DNA from: Candidatus Saccharimonadales bacterium
GTDB taxonomy: Bacteria; Patescibacteriota; Saccharimonadia; Saccharimonadales; UBA10212
Direction of reading: 5' to 3'
Assembly: GCA_035758565.1 (NCBI GenBank)
Contig: DASTXL010000001.1
Span: 396,981 to 460,980, forward strand
DNA length: 64,000 nucleotides
Positions 17,709 to 28,414 of the stretch are shown here, one piece after another. Position numbers and translations under genes: made by a program. Within the stretch, counting starts at the first letter, position 1, and every line of letters begins with the position of its first letter. Below the pieces are notes generated by a model. The model did no database searches and was not told the DNA's origin. It worked only from the letters and a program-made list of their open reading frames with translations.

Positions 17709-19329
17709 CTTCGCCTAAGATTATAACAAAATCGGTGCCTTGCGGCGGGTTAATACCGCTACCCGACGGAATACTGGTCTTGGCTGTTACGCCAAACCGC
17801 TCCTCTAGATAATGGCGAGTGTATTTATCCTTGCCTTTTGTAAGATCCACCACCGTGGTTGTGGCTTGGTTGGTAACCGTTGCAGTATTGCCAACCGTAG
17901 TGACCGTATAGCCATAAGACTTCAGTAGGCTTGCCTTAGAATTAGCCAGACCAACTTTGTCGGTCGCGTTATAGACCGTTACTTTAGCGTTTTCCTTGGC
18001 CAAAAAGCCATCGCGTAAAGTGTTGCGAATATAGTTTGTAATGTCGCCGTATTGGAAGAGTCCCGCTTTGGGCTCTACTATAGATAAACCGTTCATATTG
18101 CCGGTAGTCAAATAATTGTGCGGCGCAGTTACTAAGTCGATCGAGGATATTTCCTTCGATGGAATTCGCTGGGTTATTTTATAAAGTCGGGTCATGTCGT
18201 TTAGTGAAAAATCGGTATACACATTGTTGCCGAAGCCACTTAACAGATTCGAGATCTTGATCGGATTGCTAAAGGTACCGGCGCTCAGAGCCTTGTCTTT
18301 TATGGCCACCAAAAGCTGTCTCTGGCGTTCGGCGCGTGAAAAGTCCGATGAAGTCTCGCGCGAGCGAGCGAACAATAAAGCCTGTTGACCGTGCATTACT
18401 TGCGGGCCAGGCTTGGCAATCACCGGGTTCCAGTTGTTCTCCCACTCAATGGTTGGATCATAGACTTCGCTAGTTACGTTTATATTCACGCCGCCCAAAG
18501 CGTCAACTACATCTTTAAATGCCGAAAAATCGACTACTACATGATAATGGATTGGAATACCGATTACCGGAGATATGGTGCGGTCCAGCAAGTTAAGCCC
18601 ATCTTGCTCTTTGCCGGCTAAGGTCTTAGCCCTGGATTCCGATTTTCCATCCGGATAAGCCGCGTTAATCTTTTGATAACCATTGCCGGGAATCTTCACC
18701 CACAAATCGCGCGGAATGCTCAAGAGCGCTACTTTGTTATTAACGGGGTCAATACTGGCAACCATGATAGTGTCGGTTAAGTCCGGGCCGTCATGCCCTG
18801 GCCCACCCACGCCTAGCAGCAAGATATTTATACGGCCGTCACCCTCGCCTTTGAGCTGACTTATATCGACATTATCAGATAGGGCGGGCGCTCCGCCGCC
18901 GCCGTGAAAAAGATGGCGCTCGGTCATAAAAGCTTTGGCGCCCAAATAGGCCGCACCAATTAAAATAAGAGCTATGAGTGTTAAGGCGCTTCTCTTTATA
19001 AGTTTGCGAGCAGTTGGGTGAGCACTGACAAAGTAATAGCGCTTTTTCTTTTTGGTGCCGCTATCGTCTAAGATTATGGGCTCGTCAAGCAACGCGGCCT
19101 CTTCGGCCTCGGGCATTTTGTTGAGGCCTTGCGGAGTTGTTCGTGATGGATAAAATCCATCCACTCTCCTAGCACCAGCACCAATAGAAGAAGTCTGAGC
19201 CACCCTGACTGGTTTCATTGGGCTATAAGAGTTGCTGGTCGCACCCCCAATTATCCGACCATTTGATACAAAACCATCAATCGAGGCCGAACGTCGATTC
19301 GGTCCGTTAAACTTCTTATGCCTATCCAT
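17683..19329 (-). CDS. LCP (LytR-CpsA-Psr) family protein with LytR C-terminal domain
   Basis: NILLLG, DTIMV, SIPRD, KINAAY, ARSR..SDF.R.ERQ; C-terminal V.NAT..GLA...D.VIILG.D. Confidence 0.93.
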   Translation of the reverse strand: MDRHKKFNGPNRRSASIDGFVSNGRIIGGATSNSYSPMKPVRVAQTSSIGAGARRVDGFYPSRTTPQGLNKMPEAEEAALLDEPIILDDSGTKKKKRYYFVSAHPTARKLIKRSALTLIALILIGAAYLGAKAFMTERHLFHGGGGAPALSDNVDISQLKGEGDGRINILLLGVGGPGHDGPDLTDTIMVASIDPVNNKVALLSIPRDLWVKIPGNGYQKINAAYPDGKSESRAKTLAGKEQDGLNLLDRTISPVIGIPIHYHVVVDFSAFKDVVDALGGVNINVTSEVYDPTIEWENNWNPVIAKPGPQVMHGQQALLFARSRETSSDFSRAERQRQLLVAIKDKALSAGTFSNPIKISNLLSGFGNNVYTDFSLNDMTRLYKITQRIPSKEISSIDLVTAPHNYLTTGNMNGLSIVEPKAGLFQYGDITNYIRNTLRDGFLAKENAKVTVYNATDKVGLANSKASLLKSYGYTVTTVGNTATVTNQATTTVVDLTKGKDKYTRHYLEERFGVTAKTSIPSGSGINPPQGTDFVIILGEDAATSSQN

Positions 19330-19415
19330 TTCGCACGTTTAAGTATACCATTTGGCCCCCACCCATGCGCAAATCGTTTATCAATGATGAGCCGCTAAGT
19401 TATAATGTTACGGTC

Positions 19416-20084
19416 GTGCAACATTCAGAGGAAATTAAACATGAGCCAAATCCCGAGGAACACGCCAAAGAGCATGTAGCCTCTGAGAAGAGTGTCCCTA
19501 AACCTCCTGCAGATGATAGTTCCTGGAAATCGGTTGTATCTACCCTAATACTTTTTGCGGCCGCCATCTTAATTGCCTTTTTTGTAAAAGCCTTTATTGT
19601 TCAGCCCTATATAGTTGACGGCCAGAGCATGGAAAATACTCTGCAGAACAATGACCGCCTGATTGTCAACAAAATTCCGCGCACACTTGCCAGGATAGAC
19701 GGTCATTCATACATACCTAAGCGCGGCAATATTATCATCTTTAATCAGTCAGGCTTGCCTGGCTATAACGGTAGCAAGCAACTTATTAAGCGGGTTATCG
19801 GGCTGCCCGGAGAGCGCGTAGTGGTAAAAGACAATAATATAACTATCTATAATTCTACTCATCCTAATGGATTCAATCCGGACGCAACCTTGAAGTATCA
19901 CGTTGTGCCCAACTCTACCTTAGGAAGCGTAGATATTAAATTAGGGCCCAATCAAGTATTTGTTTGCGGCGATAACCGCGAAAACTCAGAGGATTCACGC
20001 TATTTTGGCCCAGTCGACGTAAAGAATATAGTGGGCAAGCTGGTTTTGCGCATAATGCCAATAAGCAAGTTTGAGTCTTTTTAG
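19416..20084 (+). CDS. lepB: signal peptidase I
   Basis: SM..TL, IKRVIGLPG, GDNRENSEDSRYFG. Probable GTG start at 19416, 9 nt after TATAAT (track start 19365). Confidence 0.93.
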   Translation: MQHSEEIKHEPNPEEHAKEHVASEKSVPKPPADDSSWKSVVSTLILFAAAILIAFFVKAFIVQPYIVDGQSMENTLQNNDRLIVNKIPRTLARIDGHSYIPKRGNIIIFNQSGLPGYNGSKQLIKRVIGLPGERVVVKDNNITIYNSTHPNGFNPDATLKYHVVPNSTLGSVDIKLGPNQVFVCGDNRENSEDSRYFGPVDVKNIVGKLVLRIMPISKFESF

Positions 20085-20133
20085 ACAATATATACATTAG
20101 AATGATCCTCTGGCTCAGGGTTGGACTATTTTT

Positions 20134-20994
20134 TTATTCAAATCGTTTTACGATGTGCTCCAAGTCTTCATCGGACTTGAATTTAATAATCAGCTGTCCG
20201 CCTCGGGCAGTATGCTTAACCTGCACATCGGTATTCAATTTCTTACTCAAGGAGCGTGTTATTTCATTTTCGGAATCCGTTGTTTTTCTAGCCTTTTCTG
20301 AGTCCGCACCTTTTTTTGCCGCCACGGCAAACTGTTCAGCCTGACGAACCGTCCAGCTATTGTCAAGGATACAACGTAGTAATTCATCTTGTTTGGCTTT
20401 ATCGCTCCTCAGCGCCAGGATTGCGCGAGCATGACCTTCACTAATTCTACCTTGTCGCAAAGCCTCCATGGCCGCCTCTGGCAACTGAAGTAAACGAGCT
20501 AAATTACTTACTGTGCTGGGTGCTTTGCCTAGTTTTTCGGCTATTTGATCAAGTGCTAGATTAAATTGCTGTTGTAATTTATATACACTCATCGCCTGCT
20601 CGAGCGGCGATAAGTCAACTCTCTGAATATTTTCAATTAAAGAAAGCTCTATCTCTTCCAGTTCCTCAAGTGATCGCACTATTGCCGGCACATGAGTCAG
20701 CTTAGCCGCTTTAGCAGCTCGCCAGCGACGCTCTCCAGCTACTATTCTGTAACCATTTCCGGCCTTGGCATGTACTACTATTATGGGTTGTAGGACTCCG
20801 TGGCGCCTTATTGAGTCTGCTAATTCGCTAAGTGCCTCGTTATCAAACTGGCGCCTAGGTTGATCTGGATTTGGAAGAATATCCTGGATGAGTAGCTTTT
20901 GTACTCGTTCATTATCATCTTGAAGAATTGTTTTGTCTAAATCTTTGGGTATAAGGGAATCAAAGCCCTTGCCCAAGCCTGTTTGCCTTGCCAT
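20134..20994 (-). CDS. parB: chromosome partitioning protein ParB
   Basis: GLGKG, NPDQPR, AGERRWRA, ENIQR.DL, HTH, GHARA. Confidence 0.97.
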   Translation of the reverse strand: MARQTGLGKGFDSLIPKDLDKTILQDDNERVQKLLIQDILPNPDQPRRQFDNEALSELADSIRRHGVLQPIIVVHAKAGNGYRIVAGERRWRAAKAAKLTHVPAIVRSLEELEEIELSLIENIQRVDLSPLEQAMSVYKLQQQFNLALDQIAEKLGKAPSTVSNLARLLQLPEAAMEALRQGRISEGHARAILALRSDKAKQDELLRCILDNSWTVRQAEQFAVAAKKGADSEKARKTTDSENEITRSLSKKLNTDVQVKHTARGGQLIIKFKSDEDLEHIVKRFE

Positions 20995-21749
20995 TATGTT
21001 CTCGCCTCCACTTCTTTGGCTAACGCCTTATATGCCCTAGCACCTTTGCTCCATTTGTCATGCTCTAATATTGTTTTACCGTAACTGGGCGCTTCCGCTA
21101 AGCGTACGTTCCTAGGAATAACTGTTTTGAAAACTTTTTCGCCAAAGTGCTTTTCTAGTTCAGATTTAACTTGACTAGAAAGCCCGGTGCGACTGTCGTA
21201 CAAAGTCACCACTACGCCCAAAAGGTTCAAATTTGTGTTCAATGCCACATGAACCTGTTGAATAACCTCAAGTAGCTGCCCGAGGCCCTCGAGCGCATAG
21301 TATTCAGCTTGCACCGGAATCAAAACATCAGTAGCGGCCGTAAGGGCGTTAACCGTTAAAAGGCCTAAGGCCGGTGGGCAGTCTATAAGTATGTAGTCGT
21401 AGTCTAGATTGACCAATGCACGACGTAATTGCTGTTCTCTGTCGGCAATGCTAACCAGTTCAACCTCCGAGTTAGCAAGTTGAGCGTTTGTTGGCAATAA
21501 ATAAAGATTACTTTTACCTATCTTAATAATAGCCTGCTTAGCTTCGACTCTAGAAAACAGTACGTCGTACAATGTTGACTTAAGAGCTTGTTTCTCTATC
21601 CCTAACCCGCTGGTAGTATTGCCTTGAGGATCTAAGTCTACAACCAAAACTGAATGGTTTTTAGCCAGGTATGCCGCCAAATTAATGGTGCTGGTAGTTT
21701 TACCTACACCGCCTTTTTGATTTAGTACAGCAATGATGCTTTTAGCCAC
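20994..21749 (-). CDS. parA: chromosome partitioning ATPase ParA/Soj
   Basis: NQKGGVGKTT, DLDPQGN, IDCPP, PRNVRLAEAPS. Confidence 0.97.
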   Translation of the reverse strand: MAKSIIAVLNQKGGVGKTTSTINLAAYLAKNHSVLVVDLDPQGNTTSGLGIEKQALKSTLYDVLFSRVEAKQAIIKIGKSNLYLLPTNAQLANSEVELVSIADREQQLRRALVNLDYDYILIDCPPALGLLTVNALTAATDVLIPVQAEYYALEGLGQLLEVIQQVHVALNTNLNLLGVVVTLYDSRTGLSSQVKSELEKHFGEKVFKTVIPRNVRLAEAPSYGKTILEHDKWSKGARAYKALAKEVEART

Positions 21750-21827
21750 TTTTTATTTATACCCCTGTCAAACAATACCATAAGCGTATCACTTAGAGGT
21801 TAATCAGTAAATGGTTGAGTTTCTTTC

Positions 21828-24800
21828 CTAATTGCTTACCCAGCGTACGTAGCAGGTCAGATTATTGATGCCTATGGAAGCTCCGGAACTGGATGCTGTG
21901 ATATAGAGGTCGGGCTCCAAGTTGTCGGCATTGGTATAGCTACTTAAATCTTTCCAACCGGAGTCTTCAAAGACTTCTGAAGTTGGGTATGAATCTGTTG
22001 GGATAAATGTGGCAAAAGAGTTAATCCCGCTCATTGTACCGCCATTATTACTGGTATGAAAGGCCACACTCACCGTACCGTGAGCGCTGCCATTATCATA
22101 GGTGCTCATCATAAATCTGATCTGTGGATGCAAGCCGGCATTAGTTGGTCCACGCAGCGGCACTACCGGCAAACCTATGAATGTCCCTGCGGTGTTGCTG
22201 CCCAAACTTCGATTGGCATTACCCAGATAACTTGTGCCTTGCGTTATTATGCCCGTGTACGGCTGCTGATCCGATACCCATTTGCCATAGGTAGCGTCAT
22301 AAGTCAGCGTCAACATATCATAAGGACTGGAGCCTGCACGAATACGTACCTGGCGGCCATCATATAGATTGGTCGTCGGCAGTGTGGTAACTACGTCTAC
22401 GCCGGCCAAATTATTGTAAGCACCATTATCGCAGCCGCGGAACTGATTAGAACTGGAGTTATAGTAGATGCCTCCACTGGTACAACCGCCAGCAGGGTCG
22501 CCCGAAGTATTTTTAACCCCTAGAACCAGTATTACGGGCGTGGAGCTGGCCGAACCCAAATTAATCTGCATATTCGTGGTGTCAACCGTGAACAAATTAG
22601 TACCGCTGGCATTTTGGATCTGAAAAGCAGAAATGGAATCTGCGGCATTCTGGAACAGGGCTGAACCAGTACTACCCGACAGGCTAGCTACGGTAGAAAG
22701 ACTATTGGCTGCAGTTCCAAAAACAAGCCTACCTATCGCATGATTAGTTTGATTAGCCCAGTAAACATCATTGATGCTCGAGGTCATGTCGGCAAGGTTG
22801 CCAGAAGCCGTAATGAAGTTCGAGTTACTGCCTGTGCCGTCTAGGCTGGCACGGCCGATAGTCCCACTACTGTTGGTCCAGTAGAGGAAGGTGGGAGTAA
22901 CAGTTATGCCTTGTGGTGTGCCAACGGCGATAGCCACCAGGCTATTATTTGCACCCGTGCCGTCGAGATTAGCGCGGCCAAGAGAATGACTGTTAGTCCA
23001 GTAAATATGCGAGCTGTCTATGGCAACGTCCGTTATGTGCTCGCCTACAACACCCGAAATAAAGCTCTGGTTTACCCCGGTGCCATCAATATTGGCTCGA
23101 GCAACGGTATCGCCGTTATATTCTCCCCAGTAAATGTAGTTAGTATTAACGACTATGTTTTGCGGCACGCCAGATAACCCTGTTATAAAGCTACCGTTTG
23201 CACCGGTGCCGTCGAGGTTAGCGCGACCAATGGCGGTGCCCGTGGACCAGTAAATGTAGGTATTATCTACGGCCAAACCTACGGCTCCCGAGATGCCGGT
23301 TATAAACGATGTGTTTACCCCGGTGCCATCAATATTGGCTCGACCGATAGAATTAGTAGGAGCATTAATCCAGTAGATAAAGTTATTGTCCACCGCTACT
23401 CCAAAAGGTCCTGTTGGCGAGCTTACGCTCATGAAACTGGGGCTTAGGCCGTTTGTATTAGGCTTAGCGATCTGCAGATTGATATTGCCGCCATTGCCCG
23501 CCCCCGTACCTTGACCGCCTGCTAATATCAAGTTACTTCCGGCTACGTCGGCTCCGGCGCTGGCCGCCACCTGCAACATTCCGCTACCACCCGGGTTAGA
23601 TAGCAGCAATCCCCCTGCGCCAGACCCTACAGCCAGCGTGCCGTCAGTCTTCAAGGTGTTGCTAGCTGAGCGATACAGGTTAGTGTCCGTACCAAAACTT
23701 ATACCGCCAGTGGAGGTTGTGGTATTTGTTCCCACAACCAGCACGCTACCAGCGTCCGAAGTAGCGTTAACGGTTATTAAATTATTGGCCGAAGCATCTT
23801 GTACTTGAAGCGCGATAGGATTATTAATGCCTGTCTGCCATTGGTAAGTGGTCGAGTTGGCATTCCATATCATAGTGGGCAGCCCCGTAAGAAGAGACGT
23901 AGATAGATTAGTTAACGTAGGGTCGGTATTGCCGTAAGTGTTAAGGGTCGAGGCGTCCGCGGCACTCAAGGTTCCCTTTCCGGCAGCGAACCAGAATACA
24001 TCGCTATCGGTACTGCTATTGGCAATCGTAAAGCTTGATGAGTTGATGGTCGGCATGCCCGAGTAAGAAGTGGTACTGAATGCCGATCCGTTTACCGATA
24101 CGCCAATCTGCGAGCCTGTCCAGAAAGCCACCAAGGTGTAAAGATTAGTCTGAGTTATATCTACGTTACTTTTGAGCGCTAGTGCTGAATTGACGCCAAA
24201 ACGCACATCAGACGTAGGTCCGCCGCCGCCCCCATGAATACGGAGTAAGGCCTGGTTGGTACCATCAGTCCAGTTAAAGGTTGCTATGTCGCCCACTCTG
24301 CTGGCCGGCTGATCCATTCTAAAGCGTATAGCTATCCATCCTTGTGCTTGGTTGAGGAGGCTGGATGGGGCGGTGATATTACCGGCGGATCTAGTCTGAG
24401 TAGTACCATTGGTTTCTACGTAAGGTGTCGCGTATGGCCTTGCTTCAGCCTGGGCCCCGTCAATATAGAACGTAGTATTTTGCTGGACATCAGTTTCGAC
24501 ATATAAGCGGAAGGTGCCTGAGCCCAGAGGCGAAGAAGTAGTTAGAGTCAGCCTGGTCCAGCTGGTACTAGACAGCGTAACCGGGGAGCTTGTAATTACT
24601 GCTGTTGGTGTATTATCGGTCAGGCGCAGGCGCACCGTAGGACTGCCGGTGCTCGCTTTAGCCCAAACACTAACGGTATGGATTTGGTTACTTGATTGGA
24701 CAAAGGTAGTATAAGCCCCCTCATTGGCCGTGGAATTGCTGGTGACTATTTGGGCTGAACGCGAACCGAACTTTGCGATACTGGACGAGCTAACAGAAGA

Positions 24801-27800
24801 AGATACAGAGGTCCAGCCGCTGGTGCTGCTCTCGAATCCGCCGTTGGCCACCAGGTTGTTGACTGATTCCCACACCCCATAGCTACTGTCGCTGGTGATG
24901 CCGTCGTACGAGTGACCGGCCACATTAGTGGTGCTTGCTCCTTCGGCGCGCATGGCATCATTTATTTCACTGCCGCTAGCCGTTAGATTAGCGCTCAATA
25001 CCGGACTAGAGAAGTTGTCTTTTATGGCTAGAGTAGCAATCGGGCTGCTGGTGCCGATGCCTATCTTGCTATTTATAGTGTCCGCTACCAGAAGGTTGGA
25101 CGTACCGGCGGCATTTTGTACCTGAAATGCGCTCATTGAATCAGCGGCGTTTTGGAATAGTGCCGATGTATTGGCAGTCAAAGAACTGCCAGAAGAACTC
25201 ACGTTCAATAGGTTTGAGCCGGCAGCGTTTTTAACCTGAAAGGCGTTGGTGTTATCTGTAGCGTTTTGGAATAGTGCCGAGCCGTTGACACCAGAGATAG
25301 TGGCGACAGTAGAGAGAGAATTGGCTCCGCTGCCAAAACTGTAGCGACCAACAGTAAGCAAGCTTGAGTTAGTCCAGTAGAGGAATGAACTATCCACGGC
25401 CACGCCTCCCGTATTAGATCCAGTGATGTAGCTGGTATTTATGCTGGACCCATCAAGGTTGGCACGGCCGATATTTCCCCCACTTACCGACCAATAAAGA
25501 TGACCACTGTCGACAGCGACCTCTGCAGAAGCAGTGTTCGCGCCTGTCATAAAACTCTGATTAACGCCGGTGCCATCTAAATTGGCACGGCCGATATTAC
25601 CTGGGAGAGAAGTAGCGGCAAAAGTCCAATAGACATGTGAGCCGTCAACTGCTATTCCGTATCCGGCTTGGCTGATGCTAGTAACCAGGGCCTGCACGTT
25701 CGTGCCGTCCAAGTTAGCACGACCGATGGCGAATGCGCCTTGAGCGTCGGTGAAGTAGATATAATTACTGTCTACCGCTATGCCTCTTATAGCAGCACCC
25801 TGCCCGGTTATAAAACTATTGTTAACACCTGTGCCATCCACATTAGCGCGGCCGATGGAGCCGCCCCCTATTGTCCAGTAAACATAGTTATTATTAGCTG
25901 CTAAAGCAACTATGCTGCCAGAAGTTATAAAATTCGGGTTAGCATTAGTGCCATCCAGGTTGGCACGGCCGATCTTAGTGCCGCTATTTACCCAGAAGAT
26001 GTAATTATTGTTTACAGCTACTTGTCCCGCGGAACTCAGCCCGGTAATAAAGCTCTGGCTAGGTACGTTAACTGATGGTTTAGCAATTTGCAAATTAATG
26101 TTACCGCCATTGCCAATCCCGGTGCCCGCGCCACCGGCTAATATCAAGCTACTACCGGCTACATCAGCTCCAACAGCTGTCGCCGCCTGCAGCGTACCAG
26201 CGTTGCTGGCTCCGCCAGCAAGAATCAAGTTGCCCGCGCCATTACGGTAAAGTTGCGTATCTGTGCCAAAGGTTACGCCGCCAGCAGAGGTTGTCGTGTT
26301 AGTGCCAATTGTCAGCAACGAACTAGTCGGAACCGCTCCTATGCCTATGCGAGTATTTTGAGTATCAGCGACAAATAGATTACTGTTCCCTGCCTGATTC
26401 TGAATTTGGAAAGCCGTGGTGCTGTCGGTAGCATTTTGGAACAGCACATTGCCGCGAGCTCCAACCGTAGCTACACTTTGACCGCTATCGCCAGCTACCA
26501 GATCAAACAAGTCAGCAGTTTGACCAGAGGCGCCGCGGATAGTGGCAACAACATGATTGTTGGCATCTGACTGAATAGCGAAATTAGCAGTCTGCAAAGA
26601 GGTAGAATTTTGAATATAGTTGCCACTGCCGGCTCCCGGTGTACAGCCACCAGCTGAACAAATTATATTTCCACCCACGCGAATGGCCGTTGTTGAGTTA
26701 ATGTCGCCCCCGACATCTAGCGTATAGGTTGGTGGCGTTGGCATGGCTATGGCCACCCTGTCATTCACAGTATCACCGCCTATGAGATGCGAGGTACCGG
26801 CAGCATTTTGCACCCAGAAAGCGTTGGTCGAATCTGTGCCTGGCTGAATTAATACGTTGCCTGTTGGCCCAACCGAAAAGACTGTGTCGTTAAAGCCGTC
26901 GTTAACCTGGAAAATATTAGCGATTTGTCCAGACGCACCCTTTACTAGCCCAGCGACAGAGTTAACATCGGCGCTTTGAACAGCAAAGTTCGCGCTCTGT
27001 ACCGAGGTTCTGTTTTGGATATAACTGCCCGATCCCGAGGCGGCCGTACAACCAGCACCCGAGCACAATGCAACACCGTTAATCCTTATTGAACCTCCAG
27101 CAGTTACATTGATGTCGCCGTTAACATCCAAGGTGTAATTAGCGCTTGTTTGATTTATAGCCACCCGCCGGTTTGAGGTATCTACTAAGAACAGCGCTGT
27201 GGTGCCGGCGGAGTTCTGAATCTGAAAAGTGTTGGTAGAATCAGCGCCAGGTTTAAATAGGTTATTGTTAGAATTTTTTAAAGTAACGTTCGAGCTCAGG
27301 CGAGCATCAGGTAGCGTGCCGGATGAAATATTGCCAGCATTTAGTGCAAGTAACGCTGAACCATTTAGTGCCGGCAAAATGCCACTTGGCCCTAGTTGAA
27401 CAAGTTGCAGTGCACCATTGAAGCTATTGCCAGCCTGGGTAACATTTGGGCTGAGCTGGGTTGACGAGGAAACTATATTCGGAGCATTGAGTTTACCATT
27501 GATAGTAACCGTACCTGTCTTGGTGTCAACATTTATAAGGCTTGTGCCAGAAGCGTCTTGGACAGTAAAGGCCTTGGTTGAATCGGTGTCATTTTTAAAG
27601 GCCACCGGTCCAGACGCGGTTAGCTTTTTGCCGTTAGCGATCTTAGTGTCGATGCCAAAGGTTACAGACTCAGCGCTCACATCGCCGAGCGTATTAGATG
27701 ATGGCTCTTGATTATTGACCTGTGATTGTGGGGTATTTGTATGGCGATTCATAACGAATAATGTAGTGGCGGCGCAAACTAAGACTATTAGGCCAACCAC

Positions 27801-28118
27801 TAAGAAAGATCGCTTCGGTATTCCTGGCGCCCAACTTATCTTTTTGGACTGTGCAACCGGCGGCTCAGGTGCCACAGCATAAATAGACTCATTAAGAGTC
27901 GGCGCAGCTGGGCTAGGTACCATGCCCTGCGTAGCGAGAGTTGGCGCGGCTTCTAGCGAGCCTATTTCGGGTACACCTGGAGTTATAACGCTATTAGGCG
28001 TTTGAGTAAGCTGAGATGTACTGGCAATAGCCGGTGCTTTAGTCACGGCAGAAGTACTGTTTTGAACAGGGGTAGGCTGGATAGAACTAATAGGAGTCGG
28101 CTGCTGCTCTGGATTCAT
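21828..28118 (-). CDS. giant membrane-anchored fibre/adhesin (2096 aa) with two YWTD-like propellers and CBM/LamG-like domains
   Basis: Pro/Thr-rich N-terminus, single TM, repeated DS..AFQIQN..G motifs, two arrays of YW....IGRANLDG repeats, NLVANGGFES carbohydrate-binding-like module. Confidence 0.85.
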   Translation of the reverse strand: MNPEQQPTPISSIQPTPVQNSTSAVTKAPAIASTSQLTQTPNSVITPGVPEIGSLEAAPTLATQGMVPSPAAPTLNESIYAVAPEPPVAQSKKISWAPGIPKRSFLVVGLIVLVCAATTLFVMNRHTNTPQSQVNNQEPSSNTLGDVSAESVTFGIDTKIANGKKLTASGPVAFKNDTDSTKAFTVQDASGTSLINVDTKTGTVTINGKLNAPNIVSSSTQLSPNVTQAGNSFNGALQLVQLGPSGILPALNGSALLALNAGNISSGTLPDARLSSNVTLKNSNNNLFKPGADSTNTFQIQNSAGTTALFLVDTSNRRVAINQTSANYTLDVNGDINVTAGGSIRINGVALCSGAGCTAASGSGSYIQNRTSVQSANFAVQSADVNSVAGLVKGASGQIANIFQVNDGFNDTVFSVGPTGNVLIQPGTDSTNAFWVQNAAGTSHLIGGDTVNDRVAIAMPTPPTYTLDVGGDINSTTAIRVGGNIICSAGGCTPGAGSGNYIQNSTSLQTANFAIQSDANNHVVATIRGASGQTADLFDLVAGDSGQSVATVGARGNVLFQNATDSTTAFQIQNQAGNSNLFVADTQNTRIGIGAVPTSSLLTIGTNTTTSAGGVTFGTDTQLYRNGAGNLILAGGASNAGTLQAATAVGADVAGSSLILAGGAGTGIGNGGNINLQIAKPSVNVPSQSFITGLSSAGQVAVNNNYIFWVNSGTKIGRANLDGTNANPNFITSGSIVALAANNNYVYWTIGGGSIGRANVDGTGVNNSFITGQGAAIRGIAVDSNYIYFTDAQGAFAIGRANLDGTNVQALVTSISQAGYGIAVDGSHVYWTFAATSLPGNIGRANLDGTGVNQSFMTGANTASAEVAVDSGHLYWSVSGGNIGRANLDGSSINTSYITGSNTGGVAVDSSFLYWTNSSLLTVGRYSFGSGANSLSTVATISGVNGSALFQNATDNTNAFQVKNAAGSNLLNVSSSGSSLTANTSALFQNAADSMSAFQVQNAAGTSNLLVADTINSKIGIGTSSPIATLAIKDNFSSPVLSANLTASGSEINDAMRAEGASTTNVAGHSYDGITSDSSYGVWESVNNLVANGGFESSTSGWTSVSSSVSSSSIAKFGSRSAQIVTSNSTANEGAYTTFVQSSNQIHTVSVWAKASTGSPTVRLRLTDNTPTAVITSSPVTLSSTSWTRLTLTTSSPLGSGTFRLYVETDVQQNTTFYIDGAQAEARPYATPYVETNGTTQTRSAGNITAPSSLLNQAQGWIAIRFRMDQPASRVGDIATFNWTDGTNQALLRIHGGGGGPTSDVRFGVNSALALKSNVDITQTNLYTLVAFWTGSQIGVSVNGSAFSTTSYSGMPTINSSSFTIANSSTDSDVFWFAAGKGTLSAADASTLNTYGNTDPTLTNLSTSLLTGLPTMIWNANSTTYQWQTGINNPIALQVQDASANNLITVNATSDAGSVLVVGTNTTTSTGGISFGTDTNLYRSASNTLKTDGTLAVGSGAGGLLLSNPGGSGMLQVAASAGADVAGSNLILAGGQGTGAGNGGNINLQIAKPNTNGLSPSFMSVSSPTGPFGVAVDNNFIYWINAPTNSIGRANIDGTGVNTSFITGISGAVGLAVDNTYIYWSTGTAIGRANLDGTGANGSFITGLSGVPQNIVVNTNYIYWGEYNGDTVARANIDGTGVNQSFISGVVGEHITDVAIDSSHIYWTNSHSLGRANLDGTGANNSLVAIAVGTPQGITVTPTFLYWTNSSGTIGRASLDGTGSNSNFITASGNLADMTSSINDVYWANQTNHAIGRLVFGTAANSLSTVASLSGSTGSALFQNAADSISAFQIQNASGTNLFTVDTTNMQINLGSASSTPVILVLGVKNTSGDPAGGCTSGGIYYNSSSNQFRGCDNGAYNNLAGVDVVTTLPTTNLYDGRQVRIRAGSSPYDMLTLTYDATYGKWVSDQQPYTGIITQGTSYLGNANRSLGSNTAGTFIGLPVVPLRGPTNAGLHPQIRFMMSTYDNGSAHGTVSVAFHTSNNGGTMSGINSFATFIPTDSYPTSEVFEDSGWKDLSSYTNADNLEPDLYITASSSGASIGINNLTCYVRWVSN

Positions 28119-28300
28119 CGCCTTGCTCCTGTAGTTATTAGACGCGGAACTCGCTCTACATGATGGGCTGCCTGTAGCCTAAAGTCATAGCCAGCCCTGG
28201 ATAGCCGTTTTCGGCATTTGGGCGAGCAGGTTTTAGCGTCTCGCCTGCCCTCGAAGAGACAGGCGCAGCCAGCGCAGATTTTTATCTTTTTTGACGCCAT
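28115..28300 (-). CDS. small basic Cys4 zinc-finger-like protein
   Basis: C-x2-C..F..RRDAKTCS..CR.R; ATGA overlap with the 2096-aa gene; preceded by promoter and A-rich leader. Confidence 0.65.
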   Translation of the reverse strand: MASKKIKICAGCACLFEGRRDAKTCSPKCRKRLSRAGYDFRLQAAHHVERVPRLITTGARR

Positions 28301-28347
28301 TTTTGTTTTTGTTTTAAGCCTTTTTGTTTTAATTGGGCTTAAGCTTA

Positions 28348-28391
28348 ATTATTCGCTAAAAATGTGACCTCGTCAAGAGAAAAAATGTGAC
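28348..28391 (-). promoter_or_regulatory. promoter with direct-repeat operator candidate
   Basis: TTGACG-17-AATAAT; GTCACATTTTT twice (28358-28368 and 28381-28391), one on each side of the -35. Confidence 0.6.
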
Positions 28392-28414
28392 TTTGTGCCT
28401 AAAATTAATCAGTT

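Noticed and set aside
20085-21830. parS site near parAB
   Set aside because: No TGTTTCACGTGAAACA-like palindrome spotted by eye.
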